A DNA stretch of 64,000 nucleotides from Negativicutes bacterium (GCA_963665275.2 CAXXIN010000007.1:192001-256000), one strand, 5' to 3'. Shown: positions 30,800 through 41,728, counted from the first letter of the stretch. A program made the numbers and translations. The notes: generated from the sequence alone by a model not told the origin.

Positions 30800-32224
30800 C
30801 TATTTTTTATCTTCGTCCATTGCGCGTTTTGCCGAAACAGATCCCACTGACTCCTTGTTCATTGACTCATGGGTAAGAGATGGAGGTAGTTTGGCCGACA
30901 AATTCACCATTTCTTCGGCCAGAGTGCGGACCATTTCACGAAGCCTGAAAACACAATCGGTTTCGCTTGCTGTCCCCTGCACTATATCCTCCGCCAGCGC
31001 CCGGCATGTCGGTGAACCACAGGAACCGCAGTCCAGGCCCGGCAGACGCTTCTGCATATCGTCGATCATCTCTATTTTTTGCATTGCCACCCGAATATCG
31101 TCATCAAGTTTCAAGGCAGGCCGAGGTTCGATCGGAGCTTTGGGGCGCAGCGCCTGGCTTACCTGGTCTTCATCGATGAGCTCAGCTGAGCCCTGCGCTT
31201 CGCTGGCGCGCATCTCCTTCAGTCGTTGTTTCAGTATGTTTTCAGCCACGAACCGATTGATGGCTGTCAACGGACCGCCGATACAGCCGCCGACGCATGA
31301 CAGGCATTCAATGAAATCGACATCGTTGAGTTTGCCGATAGCTACCTGTTCCAGGACATTGGAAACATTGTGGATCCCATGGGCCACCAGAACTTTGGTA
31401 TCGGAGAGTCCCGCCGCCTCACCGCCGGCCACGGCCCACCCGACCCCCTCCGAGGAGGCCAGATGCCCGGGGACTGCATTGGCAGTGGTTGAAACGGCTT
31501 TGAGCAATTCCCCGTAAATCGAGATCATGGAGATCGTCCCTGTCAGTTCTGATTTTTCAACGCCGATCGGTTCCAGGATCGCTGTCATCTTGGCCGGACA
31601 GGGAGTAATAAACCAGACGCCGATCTCACAAGGCGCGCGCCCCGTGTCACGGACCGCTTCCGTGCGAGCGATGCGGGCAGCGATTTCCACTGGCGCATCC
31701 ACTGGCGACAGGTATTCGATCAATTCAGGGAATTTGACCAGAATCAGCCGAACCGAGGCAGGGCAGGCGGAAGAAATCACCGGTCTTTTGATACCCCTAC
31801 GCTTCAGATATTCGTCCAATGCCGCCGACGCGATTTCCGCGCCCCGCGCCACTTCCACCACCTTGTCAAATCCCAGCTTCAGCAACCCGGCAAGAATCGA
31901 CGGCACGGCAATGTTTTTTTCAAACTGCGCATACAACGAAGGCGCCGCCAGTGCTATATTGTACTGATAGTTCTTCAGATCTTCCAGTGAATCCGTCACG
32001 GCGGTTTTGGCATGGTTGGGACAATAGCGGATGCACTCGCCGCAGTCGATGCAACGGGATTCAGTAATGCGGGCCTTGCCGCCACGGACACGGATGGCTT
32101 CCGTTGGGCAATGGCGGGCGCAGCTCACACAGCCGATGCAACGCTCCGGTAGCAATCGGACTGAATGAAAATATTTCTCCGCGGGAGCACACGCTTTTAA
32201 TAACGAACCATCATCTGAATCCAT
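30800..32224 (-). CDS. Putative sensory [FeFe]-hydrogenase-like Fe-S protein
   Basis: 2x4Fe-4S N-terminus; variant H-cluster motifs SSACPA, TPCPAK, ECLSCVGGCIGGP; C-terminal LPGLDCGSCGSPTC. Confidence 0.82.
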   Translation of the reverse strand: MDSDDGSLLKACAPAEKYFHSVRLLPERCIGCVSCARHCPTEAIRVRGGKARITESRCIDCGECIRYCPNHAKTAVTDSLEDLKNYQYNIALAAPSLYAQFEKNIAVPSILAGLLKLGFDKVVEVARGAEIASAALDEYLKRRGIKRPVISSACPASVRLILVKFPELIEYLSPVDAPVEIAARIARTEAVRDTGRAPCEIGVWFITPCPAKMTAILEPIGVEKSELTGTISMISIYGELLKAVSTTANAVPGHLASSEGVGWAVAGGEAAGLSDTKVLVAHGIHNVSNVLEQVAIGKLNDVDFIECLSCVGGCIGGPLTAINRFVAENILKQRLKEMRASEAQGSAELIDEDQVSQALRPKAPIEPRPALKLDDDIRVAMQKIEMIDDMQKRLPGLDCGSCGSPTCRALAEDIVQGTASETDCVFRLREMVRTLAEEMVNLSAKLPPSLTHESMNKESVGSVSAKRAMDEDKK

Positions 32225-32628
32225 GTTCCCTTTTCCTTCGACGATTTAATCTGAAACTCGTCAGCAGACCGCGCCATATTGGGCAGTCCCATTCCCGCGC
32301 CGAAGCCCATTTCCCGAATGTTGTCGGGCGCAGTCGAAAATCCTTCGCGCATCGCAGCGTCAATATCCGGTATCCCAGGGCCTTCATCTGTAACTTCCAG
32401 CTCAGTCCTGTCCGAAAACACCTTGACCCGCATGCGGCCGCCATAGGCATGGATGATGGCATTCAACTCAGCTTCATACGCACACACCGAAATACGCCGG
32501 GCAGTCTGCGCATTGACGCCCAATTGCCGAACGACCTGTTTTATTTTGCTGGACGCTTCGCCTGCGGTTTCAAACCGATAATGCTCCAGCGGGAACTCCA
32601 GTAATAGTCCCTGTTCCTCAGTTTCCAA
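32197..32628 (-). CDS. Anti-sigma-type Ser/Thr kinase (HATPase)
   Basis: YEAELNAIIHA, DEGPGI, MGFGAGMGLPNM. Confidence 0.85.
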   Translation of the reverse strand: METEEQGLLLEFPLEHYRFETAGEASSKIKQVVRQLGVNAQTARRISVCAYEAELNAIIHAYGGRMRVKVFSDRTELEVTDEGPGIPDIDAAMREGFSTAPDNIREMGFGAGMGLPNMARSADEFQIKSSKEKGTWIQMMVRY

Positions 32629-32989
32629 TCGCTTTTCCCACCAAAGGCGGACAGGGCTTCAGCCCGTTCGCGAATAATATCCCGCACGCTGCAAACAGGG
32701 TATGCGGTGTGCTGAAGAGGGGAATATCAAGTTCCTTCGCCATTTCCATCGCCTCTGGCGGCGGAATCTTTCCCCGGACAAAAATAATCGCGGAAAGACC
32801 TCCCACATCGGCCGTTCGAACAACCTGAGGATTCGTCAAGCCGGTCAAGAGCAACGCGCCTTCTTTGGTGAACGCGAGAACATCGCTCATGAGATCGGCC
32901 CCGCAAGCGGTCGACACTTCCCGTTCCAGGCAATGCTGTCCCCAAAGCTGCGAAGCACCAAGTACTTTTTGAACCTCATGCAGTTTCAA
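32618..32989 (-). CDS. DRTGG-domain protein
   Basis: ACGADLMSDVL, LLTGL, VRTA, FVRGK. Confidence 0.82.
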   Translation of the reverse strand: MKLHEVQKVLGASQLWGQHCLEREVSTACGADLMSDVLAFTKEGALLLTGLTNPQVVRTADVGGLSAIIFVRGKIPPPEAMEMAKELDIPLFSTPHTLFAACGILFANGLKPCPPLVGKAIGN

Positions 32990-33025
32990 GCCAGGCCCTC
33001 CCTAACGTTATTAATCCAGAAGACA

Positions 33026-33043
33026 TTGTGTACTATTTCACAT
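33026..33043. promoter_or_regulatory. Putative Rex operator upstream of the hydrogenase operon
   Basis: TTGTGTACTATTTCACAT versus consensus TTGTGAA-N4-TTCACAA (2 mismatches); rex ends the same operon. Confidence 0.6.
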
Positions 33044-33168
33044 ACATCGGCAAAAAAAGTTGGGCGGTTCGCCCGATTATTACAACCAATTAATAGTTCA
33101 ACATATCATATCATACTATGTTTTTCGTCAAAAAAACATCCCACCAAATTTGTATCTCTTTAATTATT

Positions 33169-34506
33169 CTAGCGTGAACGAAAAATTCCTGCCAATCCAC
33201 AAAACTTTTTATAAAACCAAGTGCGATTTCTCGCGTACGGACCTATGGCCGGCAGCGACGCCGTCAAAGCCAACAGAGTCCAGAATATCGCCGTGACCTG
33301 AATATTAAACAATACATGATCAGTCAGCGAAAAAGCAGCCATCCCCGACATTGCGAGTGCAATCCCCAAATTAAAGCCCTTGGATGAGCGCAGGGAATGT
33401 TTCATGGCCTTGAGCGACCGGACCACCGACATCCCCCAGGCGAGAGCAAAGCAAAGCGCTCCGGGAATTCCGATTTCGGCAGCCAGGCTTAGCAGTGTAT
33501 TGTGTCCATGATAGATGATGACGGCTTCATTCTGAACGAAAAAATCATACTCTGGATACACGAAACGGTAAGACCCCCACCCCAGTCCAATCCACGGGTG
33601 CTCACCGATCATCGCCAGCGTGCTTTCCCACAGCGCCCAGCGCAAAGCTACCGAAGAATCCGCCGAATTGAACATTTCTCTGATCGAAAGCAGCCGCGCC
33701 AGGAAAGCCTCATGCATCGCCGCCAATAAAATGACGAGTACGGCGGCAACCGCCAATAATACCCGCCAGTTCCAATGTCTCCATACGGCAGCCATCATCA
33801 GCGCCATTGCCCCGAGTGAGAGCCACGCGCCCCGTGAATAGGTCAACAGGATGCAAAGAACCGCCAGCGCCGAGACAAAAATCAAAGCGCCCTTACGTTT
33901 CCGTTCATGAGTATCCAGCGACCAGCCGGATGCCAGACCGACGACCATGACCAGGAATGCCGCCAGAACATTGGGGTTTCCCAGCGTTGAAAAAACACGT
34001 TTTTTCAGTTCTGGAAACTGGTCCCCGTCCACCCACCGTTCAGCCGTAACATCCATCCCGGCATGATACTGCAGAAGTCCCCAGATACAAACAACTGCCG
34101 ACGACGCCAATATGGCAATAACGATAAGTCGGCCTTCACGCTTGGTCCTCACGGTCTGTGTTATCAATAGATAGACCAGAATATAAAGCCCCATCAAGTG
34201 GGCATAGTTATAAAAGCCCTCGGCCACGTATGCGGATGTCCATACGGAAACCGCCGCCAGCAAGGCAAAACCGGCAACCCAAAGATCCATCGGGGTACGC
34301 CTCATATAGACCTCACCGGTCCACGCCATCCCCCCGACCAGCAACAGGCCGGCCGAAACCAGAAAGACTACGGCAGCAGTCAAGGAGATCGGCATACAAA
34401 AAATTCCGCCCAGTACGCCTACGCGCATGGCGTTCCTGTACCACGGCCCCAGCGCGGCGGTCTTGGCAAACGGTTTCGTTTTCAACCCTATCAAATCAGT
34501 TCTCAT
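33169..34506 (-). CDS. O-antigen ligase family (IctB/WaaL-like) membrane protein
   Basis: RVFSTLGNPN, TYSRGAW, PWIGLG, HGHN. Confidence 0.82.
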   Translation of the reverse strand: MRTDLIGLKTKPFAKTAALGPWYRNAMRVGVLGGIFCMPISLTAAVVFLVSAGLLLVGGMAWTGEVYMRRTPMDLWVAGFALLAAVSVWTSAYVAEGFYNYAHLMGLYILVYLLITQTVRTKREGRLIVIAILASSAVVCIWGLLQYHAGMDVTAERWVDGDQFPELKKRVFSTLGNPNVLAAFLVMVVGLASGWSLDTHERKRKGALIFVSALAVLCILLTYSRGAWLSLGAMALMMAAVWRHWNWRVLLAVAAVLVILLAAMHEAFLARLLSIREMFNSADSSVALRWALWESTLAMIGEHPWIGLGWGSYRFVYPEYDFFVQNEAVIIYHGHNTLLSLAAEIGIPGALCFALAWGMSVVRSLKAMKHSLRSSKGFNLGIALAMSGMAAFSLTDHVLFNIQVTAIFWTLLALTASLPAIGPYARNRTWFYKKFCGLAGIFRSR

Positions 34507-34562
34507 TTCTCACAAATATATCGGTCTGAAGCCTACAGTATCATTATAACCGAATAACCGAT

Positions 34563-35861
34563 TTACAGCATCAGCTCGCCAACAACCAACCGACGGACTT
34601 CACCGATCATGTACAGCGAGCCTGCCGCACAAACGATCTCCTCCGGGCCCGCCCAACTTTTTGCCCGCATCAGCCCTGTGGCAATACTGCCGGCTGTTTC
34701 AACCTCAGACACAAAGGCGGATATTTCCCTGGCAATATCTTCAACTGCGGCAGCCCGCCCGGAATTGGGACGAACCACTACCGCCCGGTCTGTTTTGCGA
34801 AATAAAATCCGGGCCATCTCCGCATGGTCTTTGTCAGAGAGCACACCAAACAGGAACACAACCGCCCGGCCCGGGAAAACTTCATCCAATGTTTGCCGCA
34901 GGGTTCTGATCCCAGCCGGATTGTGCGCACCATCGAGAACGAGGAGGGGAGATCCCGGAAAAACCTCGAACCGCCCCGGCCATTTCACCTTGGCCAGTCC
35001 TGCTCGGATCACTTCCGTGGACAGTCGCGGTTCCGACTGTCCCAGCAATTGGCATGTTCGAACCGCCAACGCCGCATTGTCGGCCTGATGACGGCCCAGC
35101 ATCCCCGTACAATACTTCTCTGGCGCCCCCCGACCGACAGCCAGCCGGAAAGATTGCCATCCATTCTCATAGCGGCTATCCGTAAGTTGAAAATCCCGGC
35201 CCAACACATTGCACTCAGCCATTGCCCGCTTCGCCGTCGCTTCGATCACCGAGAGCGCTGCCCCGGAGGCGCCTGTCACGACCGGGACTCCCGGCTTGAT
35301 GATGCCGGCCTTGTGATGAGCGATCGCTTCCACCGTATCCCCGCAGCGATCCATATGATCAAGGGTTACGTTAGTGATCACCGAAATCTCCGGCACAATG
35401 ACATTGGTGGAGTCCAGCAGGCCGCCGAGACCCACTTCCACCACGACCAACTCCGCCTGTTCCTGGGCAAACCACAGGAACGCCGCTGCCGTCAGCACTT
35501 CAAATTCAGTCGGGCTCTCCTGTCCGCCTGCGATCATCGCTTCCACCGCCAAGCGAGTCTGGCCGATCACCCCGGCGAAAGCTTCACGGCTGATGTCAAC
35601 TCCATTCAGCCGCATTCTTTCCGGGTAGTCAACCAAATGCGGTGAGGTGTACATGCCGGCGCGAAGCCCGGCCTCCGTCAGCGCGGATGCGATCATGGCC
35701 GTGGTGCTGCCTTTGCCGTTGGTCCCGGTGACATGCACCGACCGGAACCTCCGCTCCGGATGGTCCAGCTGGTCAAGCAGCGCTTCGATCCTTACCAGCC
35801 CGAGCTGAATGCCGAATTTCCCCAGTGATTCGAGATATGCCAGCGCCTCCGTGTAGTTCAT
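34563..35861 (-). CDS. folC: Folylpolyglutamate/dihydrofolate synthase
   Basis: GTNGKGST, TSPHL, EVGLGG.LDSTN, LDGAHN. Confidence 0.95.
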   Translation of the reverse strand: MNYTEALAYLESLGKFGIQLGLVRIEALLDQLDHPERRFRSVHVTGTNGKGSTTAMIASALTEAGLRAGMYTSPHLVDYPERMRLNGVDISREAFAGVIGQTRLAVEAMIAGGQESPTEFEVLTAAAFLWFAQEQAELVVVEVGLGGLLDSTNVIVPEISVITNVTLDHMDRCGDTVEAIAHHKAGIIKPGVPVVTGASGAALSVIEATAKRAMAECNVLGRDFQLTDSRYENGWQSFRLAVGRGAPEKYCTGMLGRHQADNAALAVRTCQLLGQSEPRLSTEVIRAGLAKVKWPGRFEVFPGSPLLVLDGAHNPAGIRTLRQTLDEVFPGRAVVFLFGVLSDKDHAEMARILFRKTDRAVVVRPNSGRAAAVEDIAREISAFVSEVETAGSIATGLMRAKSWAGPEEIVCAAGSLYMIGEVRRLVVGELML

Positions 35862-35883
35862 CTGATTTCTCTCCCGATGTATA

Positions 35884-38535
35884 TTATAGAGTCAAAAAAT
35901 ATTCGATCTGGCCGCGAATGGCCGTCATTTTGTCGGTCACTTCCGCGCGGCGTTCTTTCTGTTGTTCCAGTACTGCTGCCGGTGCTTTGGCAACGAAGCC
36001 GGCATTGGCCAGCTTGCCGTCAATCCGGGTAAGTTCATTTTCAAGAGCCAGCAATTCTTTGTTCATGCGAGCCACTTCTTTTGCCACATCAATCAGGCCT
36101 TTGAGCGGCAGATAGACTTCGATGCCGCTGATAACCCGCGAAACCGAGTTTTCGGGTTTCGCCGCACCCGCCGGAATAATTTCCACCGGGTCCGCCGTCG
36201 CCATCGTCTTGATGAATGGCGTATTTTCCGCCAGAACGGTTGCCAGCTCCTCTGTGGCAGGCTGAAGGATCACTTCGCCTTTGCGGCCTAGCGGCACGTT
36301 CATCTCCGCCCGCATGTTCCGAACCGCTTTGATGGTTTCCATCACGGCGCCCATCTGTGCTTCCGCGGTCTCATCGATTCGGTCCGGTTCCGCCTGCGGC
36401 CAGGCCGCACGCACGATGCTGCCTGCTTCATGCGGCAGATGTTCGCGGATTTCTTCACTGATAAATGGCATGAATGGATGCAGCAGCCGCATTGTCCGCT
36501 CCAGAATGTAAGCCAGGACATATTGGGCCGTATGGCGGCCAGTCGCGCCCTCTTTGTTGTAGAGCCGGGGTTTGGCCAGCTCGATGTACCAGTCGCAGAA
36601 CTCGCCCCAGATGAAATCATACAGCATCCGGGCCGCTTCGCCCAGCTCGAACTTCTCCATGTTCTCGGTCACGCCGGACACCGTCTGCGCATAGCGCGAC
36701 AGGATCCAACGGTCGATGAGGGTCAGTTCGCCGCAGGGCGTTTCAGGATCAAAATCCTCGAGGTTCATGAGCACGAACCGCGAAGCATTCCATATCTTAT
36801 TGGCAAAGTTGCGGCTCGACTCCACCCGCTCCCAGTAAAAACGCATATCGTTGCCGGGGGTGTTGCCTGTCACCAAGGTGAAGCGCAGTGTGTCCGCCCC
36901 GTTCTTTTCGATGACTTCCAGCGGATCAATGCCGTTGCCGAGCGATTTCGACATCTTGCGTCCCTGCGAATCGCGGACCAGTCCGTGGATGAACACGTGA
37001 CGGAACGGTACCTCGTGCATGAATTCCATCCCGGTGAACATCATCCGGGCCACCCAGAAGAAGATGATGTCATAGCCCGTCACCAGCACGCTGGTCGGAT
37101 AATAGCGGGCCAGTTCCTTCGTCTGATCCGGCCACCCCATAGTCGAAAACGGCCACAGAGCCGAACTGAACCAGGTATCCAGCACATCAGGGTCCTGTTC
37201 GATGGCCCCGCCGCAGTGCGGGCAAGAGGTAGGATCCTGACGCGATACGATTGTTTTGCCGCAATCCTGACAGTACCAGGCGGGAATCCTGTGTCCCCAC
37301 CAGATCTGCCTCGAGATACACCAGTCGCGGATGTTTTCCAGCCAGTTCATGTAAGTCTTCGTAAACCGTTCAGGCACGAACTCGGTCCGCCCTGCCCGGA
37401 CCACCTCCATCGCCGGTTCGGCCAGCGGCTGCATCCGCACGAACCACTGCTTGGACACAAGCGGCTCAACAACCGTGTTGCAGCGTTGGCAATGACCCAC
37501 GGCATGCGCATGCTCGTCGATCTTCACCAGATAACCGGCCGCGTCCAGGTCAGCGATGAGTTTTTTGCGGCACTCGTAGCGGTCCAGCCCGGCATAGGCT
37601 TCGCCCGCCTCGGCCGTCATCGCTCCATCATTGCCGATGACCCGGAGGGTAGGCAAATTGTGACGCTGACCCATTTCAAAGTCGTTCGGATCATGCGCCG
37701 GAGTCACTTTCACCGCACCGGTACCAAAGGCAGGGTCAACATAGTCGTCCGCGATAATCGGCAGAATGCGTCCCACTAGCGGCAAAACGAGATTTTTCCC
37801 CACTACCGCCGTGTAGCGTTCATCGGCAGGATTCACCGCCACGCCCGTATCTCCGAGAATCGTCTCCGGTCGGGTGGTAGCCACGGTTACGAATTGCGTC
37901 GGATCATCCTGCAGCGGATAACGCACATGATAGAGCTTGCCGGCGGAATCTTCGTGTTCCACTTCGATGTCCGACAGCGCCGTATTGCAACGAGGGCACC
38001 AGTTGGTGATCCGGTCGCCCTGATAGATCAGTCCTTTTTCGAACAGGCTTACGAATACCTCACGCACGGCCTTCGAACAGCCTTCATCCATCGTGAAGCG
38101 TTCCCTCTCCCAATCGCAGGATGCGCCCAAACGTTTCAGCTGGTTAGTGATGCGATCTCCATATTGGTTCTTCCATTCCCATACCCGTTCGATGAATTTA
38201 TCACGGCCGATATCATAACGGGAGATTCCCTCTTTGGCCAACACTTCTTCCACCTTGATCTGCGTGGCGATTCCAGCATGGTCGCAGCCAGGCATCCACA
38301 AGGTATCGTAGCCCTGCATCCGCCGCCAGCGAATCAGGATATCCTGCAGGGTATTGTCCAGAGCATGCCCCATGTGCAACTGACCTGTAACATTGGGCGG
38401 GGGAATGACGATGCTGTAGTGCTTTCCTTCTGCCGTCGGCTCCGCATGAAACACCCGGTCTTCTTCCCATTTTTTATACCATTTGGTTTCCACCGTCGCC
38501 GGATCATATACTGTTGGAATATTTTCGCGCGTCAT
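35884..38535 (-). CDS. valS: Valine--tRNA ligase
   Basis: PPPNVTG.LHMGH, KMSKS, C-terminal coiled coil. Confidence 0.97.
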   Translation of the reverse strand: MTRENIPTVYDPATVETKWYKKWEEDRVFHAEPTAEGKHYSIVIPPPNVTGQLHMGHALDNTLQDILIRWRRMQGYDTLWMPGCDHAGIATQIKVEEVLAKEGISRYDIGRDKFIERVWEWKNQYGDRITNQLKRLGASCDWERERFTMDEGCSKAVREVFVSLFEKGLIYQGDRITNWCPRCNTALSDIEVEHEDSAGKLYHVRYPLQDDPTQFVTVATTRPETILGDTGVAVNPADERYTAVVGKNLVLPLVGRILPIIADDYVDPAFGTGAVKVTPAHDPNDFEMGQRHNLPTLRVIGNDGAMTAEAGEAYAGLDRYECRKKLIADLDAAGYLVKIDEHAHAVGHCQRCNTVVEPLVSKQWFVRMQPLAEPAMEVVRAGRTEFVPERFTKTYMNWLENIRDWCISRQIWWGHRIPAWYCQDCGKTIVSRQDPTSCPHCGGAIEQDPDVLDTWFSSALWPFSTMGWPDQTKELARYYPTSVLVTGYDIIFFWVARMMFTGMEFMHEVPFRHVFIHGLVRDSQGRKMSKSLGNGIDPLEVIEKNGADTLRFTLVTGNTPGNDMRFYWERVESSRNFANKIWNASRFVLMNLEDFDPETPCGELTLIDRWILSRYAQTVSGVTENMEKFELGEAARMLYDFIWGEFCDWYIELAKPRLYNKEGATGRHTAQYVLAYILERTMRLLHPFMPFISEEIREHLPHEAGSIVRAAWPQAEPDRIDETAEAQMGAVMETIKAVRNMRAEMNVPLGRKGEVILQPATEELATVLAENTPFIKTMATADPVEIIPAGAAKPENSVSRVISGIEVYLPLKGLIDVAKEVARMNKELLALENELTRIDGKLANAGFVAKAPAAVLEQQKERRAEVTDKMTAIRGQIEYFLTL

Positions 38536-38574
38536 CTGTCATTTCCTCCCCATATCTTGAAGTATCTATTATGA

Positions 38575-38820
38575 ATAAAAAAAGCCCTTCCATCCCAAAT
38601 TGCTGGGACGAAAGGACATGCTTCCGCGGTACCACCCGATATTCCTGCCACTTCAGCAGGCTCTTTGCAGTCGTAACGGGACTAACCGGCAGGACTTACT
38701 CTAGATTTCAGTCTTGCAGCTCCAGGATGACTTTCACGTGACCACTCGCCATGGAACCTCACAGCCAAGGGTTCCTTCTCTGGTTGGCTATCGTCCGTTA
38801 CTCTTCCCTTCATCGCCAAT
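38575..38820 (-). promoter_or_regulatory. T-box riboswitch (Val, GUC specifier)
   Basis: AGTA, AGAGA and GCTG boxes; GAAA-GTC specifier at 38729-38731; T-box GGGTGGTACCGCG at 38625-38637; terminator with U tract. Confidence 0.9.
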
Positions 38821-38840
38821 GCTCATGAAGTTGTATTCCC

Positions 38841-38869
38841 AATATATCCATCCACCGCGTTTTTGTCAA
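38841..38869 (-). promoter_or_regulatory. SigA-type promoter for valS
   Basis: TTGACA-17 nt-TATATT. Confidence 0.7.
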
Positions 38870-38906
38870 GTTGCGCGGCGAATCGTGATAGGTTCTGTAG
38901 GTTTTT

Positions 38907-39632
38907 CTACTTGCGCAGCAGAATTCTGACCGCCCAAATGCTGGCTTCATACAGGATAATGATGGGAATCGCCATCATTATCTGAGAAAAAACATCCGGC
39001 GTCGGCGTAATGATTCCGCCCACGATGAAGGCGACCAGGATCATCATCCGGCGCTGTTTCGCGAGGAAAGCCGAGCTGATGATCCCCATTTTCGCCAGTA
39101 CCAATAGTCCTAGCGGCAGGTTGAATATAATGCCGAACGGCAGAATGAACGATAGCAAAAACGAAAGATACTGACCCAGCGACAGCATCGGCTGCAGCGA
39201 TTCACTGCCAAAACCGAGAAAAAACTTGACGGCGGGCGGCCACACCACCAGGTACGCAAAAGCAATGCCGATAAAAAAAAGAACCGCCGCACCGGGAACC
39301 ATAATGATCGCCCATCTTTTCTCACCGGAAGTTAATGCCGGAGCCACAAAAGCCCATATTTGCCACAAAATGATCGGCAGCGACAGCATGCCTCCTGCGA
39401 AAACCGCCAGTTTCAAAAAAGCGAAGAATCCCTCCGCCGGGCTCATGAAATACAGTTTTCCTGCCGGCGCCGTGACGAACCGCATCAACTCATCGATGTA
39501 AACATAAGCAATGATCGTGCCCACTACAATGGCAAGAACGGAAATGACGATGCGCCGGCGCAACTCGCCCAGATGGCCGACCAGCGTCATTTCACGCAGG
39601 GTTTTGGTTTCCTGCTCCGGATTTTTTTCCAT
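38907..39632 (-). CDS. tatC: Twin-arginine translocase TatC
   Basis: MTLVGHLGELRRR, QIWAFVAPAL, ITPTPD; start reassigned to ATG 39632. Confidence 0.93.
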   Translation of the reverse strand: MEKNPEQETKTLREMTLVGHLGELRRRIVISVLAIVVGTIIAYVYIDELMRFVTAPAGKLYFMSPAEGFFAFLKLAVFAGGMLSLPIILWQIWAFVAPALTSGEKRWAIIMVPGAAVLFFIGIAFAYLVVWPPAVKFFLGFGSESLQPMLSLGQYLSFLLSFILPFGIIFNLPLGLLVLAKMGIISSAFLAKQRRMMILVAFIVGGIITPTPDVFSQIMMAIPIIILYEASIWAVRILLRK

Positions 39633-39642
39633 GCTCAGGGCC

Positions 39643-39849
39643 TCACTTCTTATTTTCGCGGTCTTTTTCCGGCGCCGGGAGTTCTTTCTTGGCCGTGTCG
39701 GACTTTTCAGGATCGACATTGGTCGCGTTGCGGAACTCGTTGATCGTCTTGCCGAGAGCCTTGCCGATATCCGGCAGGTTCTTGGCGCCAAAAATCACCA
39801 GAGCGATGACCAAAATCAGAATCAGTTCAGGCATTCCCAGTCCAAACAT
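39643..39849 (-). CDS. tatA: Twin-arginine translocase TatA
   Basis: MFGLGMPEL...[15 protein letters not shown]. Confidence 0.92.
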   Translation of the reverse strand: MFGLGMPELILILVIALVIFGAKNLPDIGKALGKTINEFRNATNVDPEKSDTAKKELPAPEKDRENKK

Positions 39850-39871
39850 TCGTGAGTCTCCTTTCGTTACC

Positions 39872-40783
39872 CTACTTATCCCGACCGCACAAGGATGCCA
39901 AGGCGATGGAGATCACCTTGCTCTCCGGCGTATCAGCCCGGGATGTGACCACTATGGGGCGTCGCGCGCCTACGATCAAGCCGGCGATGGTTCCGCCCGC
40001 CATAAATACCAGTGATTTGCCCAATACATTGCCGACTTCGATATTCGGTACGATCAGCAGATCGGCTTTGCCGGCAACCGGGCTCACTATTCCTTTATGC
40101 CGCGCCGCTTCCTCGTTGACCGCATTGTCGAGCGCCAAGGGGCCATCGACGATGACACCCTTGATCTGTCCCCTGTCGTTCATCTTCGCCAGGGCCGCCG
40201 CATCAATCGTACCCGGCATGTCGGCATTCACCGTTTCGACCGCAGCCAGTACCGCGACCCGGACCGGATCCACTCCCAGCTTGTGGAATACGCCTGCGGC
40301 GTTCTGGATGATATCGGCTTTTTGCTGCAATGTCGGCATGATGTTCATGCCACCGTCCGTGACGCCGATCAGGCGATTGAATTTACTCAGTTCAAACATA
40401 GCCAGATGGCTCAACACCCGGCCGGTACGCAACCCGATCGACTTGTCCAGTACTGCCCGCAGCAGATCGCCGGTATTAATGAGGCCCTTCATGACGATAT
40501 CGGCCTTGCCTGTCGAAACGCATTCGACAGCCTGCATGGCGGAGCGCATATCATCAGGCTCATTCACGATCTTCATCCCATCCAGACGGATTCCTTTTTT
40601 TTGCGCAGCTGCCTCAATCCGCGCCATGTCACCGAACAGGGTGAATGTAGCCAAACCCCGTTCGTAAGCATCCTGACAAGCCTGCAGCACTGCGTCATCC
40701 TGCGCCGCTGCCACTGCAACTCTGGCCGGTTCCATTTTCTGTACTTGTTCAATCAACTCTGAATAACGCGTAATCATGAGCAT
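39872..40783 (-). CDS. ptb: Phosphate butyryltransferase family acyltransferase
   Basis: [34 protein letters not shown]. Confidence 0.8.
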   Translation of the reverse strand: MLMITRYSELIEQVQKMEPARVAVAAAQDDAVLQACQDAYERGLATFTLFGDMARIEAAAQKKGIRLDGMKIVNEPDDMRSAMQAVECVSTGKADIVMKGLINTGDLLRAVLDKSIGLRTGRVLSHLAMFELSKFNRLIGVTDGGMNIMPTLQQKADIIQNAAGVFHKLGVDPVRVAVLAAVETVNADMPGTIDAAALAKMNDRGQIKGVIVDGPLALDNAVNEEAARHKGIVSPVAGKADLLIVPNIEVGNVLGKSLVFMAGGTIAGLIVGARRPIVVTSRADTPESKVISIALASLCGRDK

Positions 40784-40789
40784 CTCTCC

Positions 40790-41272
40790 TTAGATTGTTT
40801 CGTGCAGCAGCAGCAATTGCGACCGCTTCCAGTTTTTGCGGCTGAACAGCACCCGGTACTCGGTTATGCCGATGTCCTGCGCCATCGCCTCCACCCGTTC
40901 CAGGCACTCTTCGCGTGTATGGCTGTGAAATACCGTATATAAATTATAAGGCCATTTTTCATGCGGCTGCCGCAAATACACATGGGAAATAAAAGTGCAG
41001 GAAGCCATCACAGTCGCTACAGCATTCACTCTTTCGACCGGAATCCTCCAACAGCAAAGAGCGTTCCCGTGAAATCCGGCCATGCGGTGCTGCAATACCG
41101 CCCCCATTTTCCGCAGCATGCCCGCCGCCTTCATCTGATGCAGTCTCGCCAATAATTCCTCTTGCGAAATTCCGATTTCGTCCGCCATGATACGATAAGG
41201 GTCCGGCGCCAGAGGGAACTCCCCCTGCACCCGCCGGATAATTTGCTGATCCACGGTATCCGTCACGCACAC
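40790..41272 (-). CDS. ahbB: Siroheme decarboxylase beta subunit (AsnC-like)
   Basis: LQHRMAGF, SHVYLR, WPYNLYTVFH. Confidence 0.78.
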   Translation of the reverse strand: MCVTDTVDQQIIRRVQGEFPLAPDPYRIMADEIGISQEELLARLHQMKAAGMLRKMGAVLQHRMAGFHGNALCCWRIPVERVNAVATVMASCTFISHVYLRQPHEKWPYNLYTVFHSHTREECLERVEAMAQDIGITEYRVLFSRKNWKRSQLLLLHETI

Positions 41273-41728
41273 CTACTCTATCTGAAATTCCACATTTACT
41301 TTGTAACGTTCGGTTGTCGGCATGGAAAACACCTCAAGCACTCCCGGCATGCGCTCCACTTCCAGCAACAAGGCCGACAAATCCGCCTCGTCCCTCACCT
41401 GAAGCGTAAACCAGAGGTTATACTCGTTGTCTCTTTCGTCGTTATGAGTAACCTGGGGCCAGGCATTCACAGCCCGGGCGATCTCCGGCAGAAATTCCGG
41501 CGTTACTTTGACAGCGACCAACCACCCTTTATACCCCAACGAGTCCGCGTCGAAAAAGGCGCCAAACCGCCTGATCACGCCCTGCGCCTTCATGGTGGAA
41601 ATTCTATCGATCACGGTTGCCTCATCAGTGCCGAGTTGCGCCGCAATATCGGCGAACGGGGATGGGGTCAGCGGCAATCCGGTTTGAATAACATTCAACA
41701 GCAGCTTGTCAAACGGCGTCAGTTGCAT
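41273..41728 (-). CDS. ahbA: Siroheme decarboxylase alpha subunit (AsnC-like)
   Basis: IQTGLPL..SPF, IRRFGAFFD, VTHNDER, YNLWFTL; start at ATG 41728. Confidence 0.8.
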   Translation of the reverse strand: MQLTPFDKLLLNVIQTGLPLTPSPFADIAAQLGTDEATVIDRISTMKAQGVIRRFGAFFDADSLGYKGWLVAVKVTPEFLPEIARAVNAWPQVTHNDERDNEYNLWFTLQVRDEADLSALLLEVERMPGVLEVFSMPTTERYKVNVEFQIE

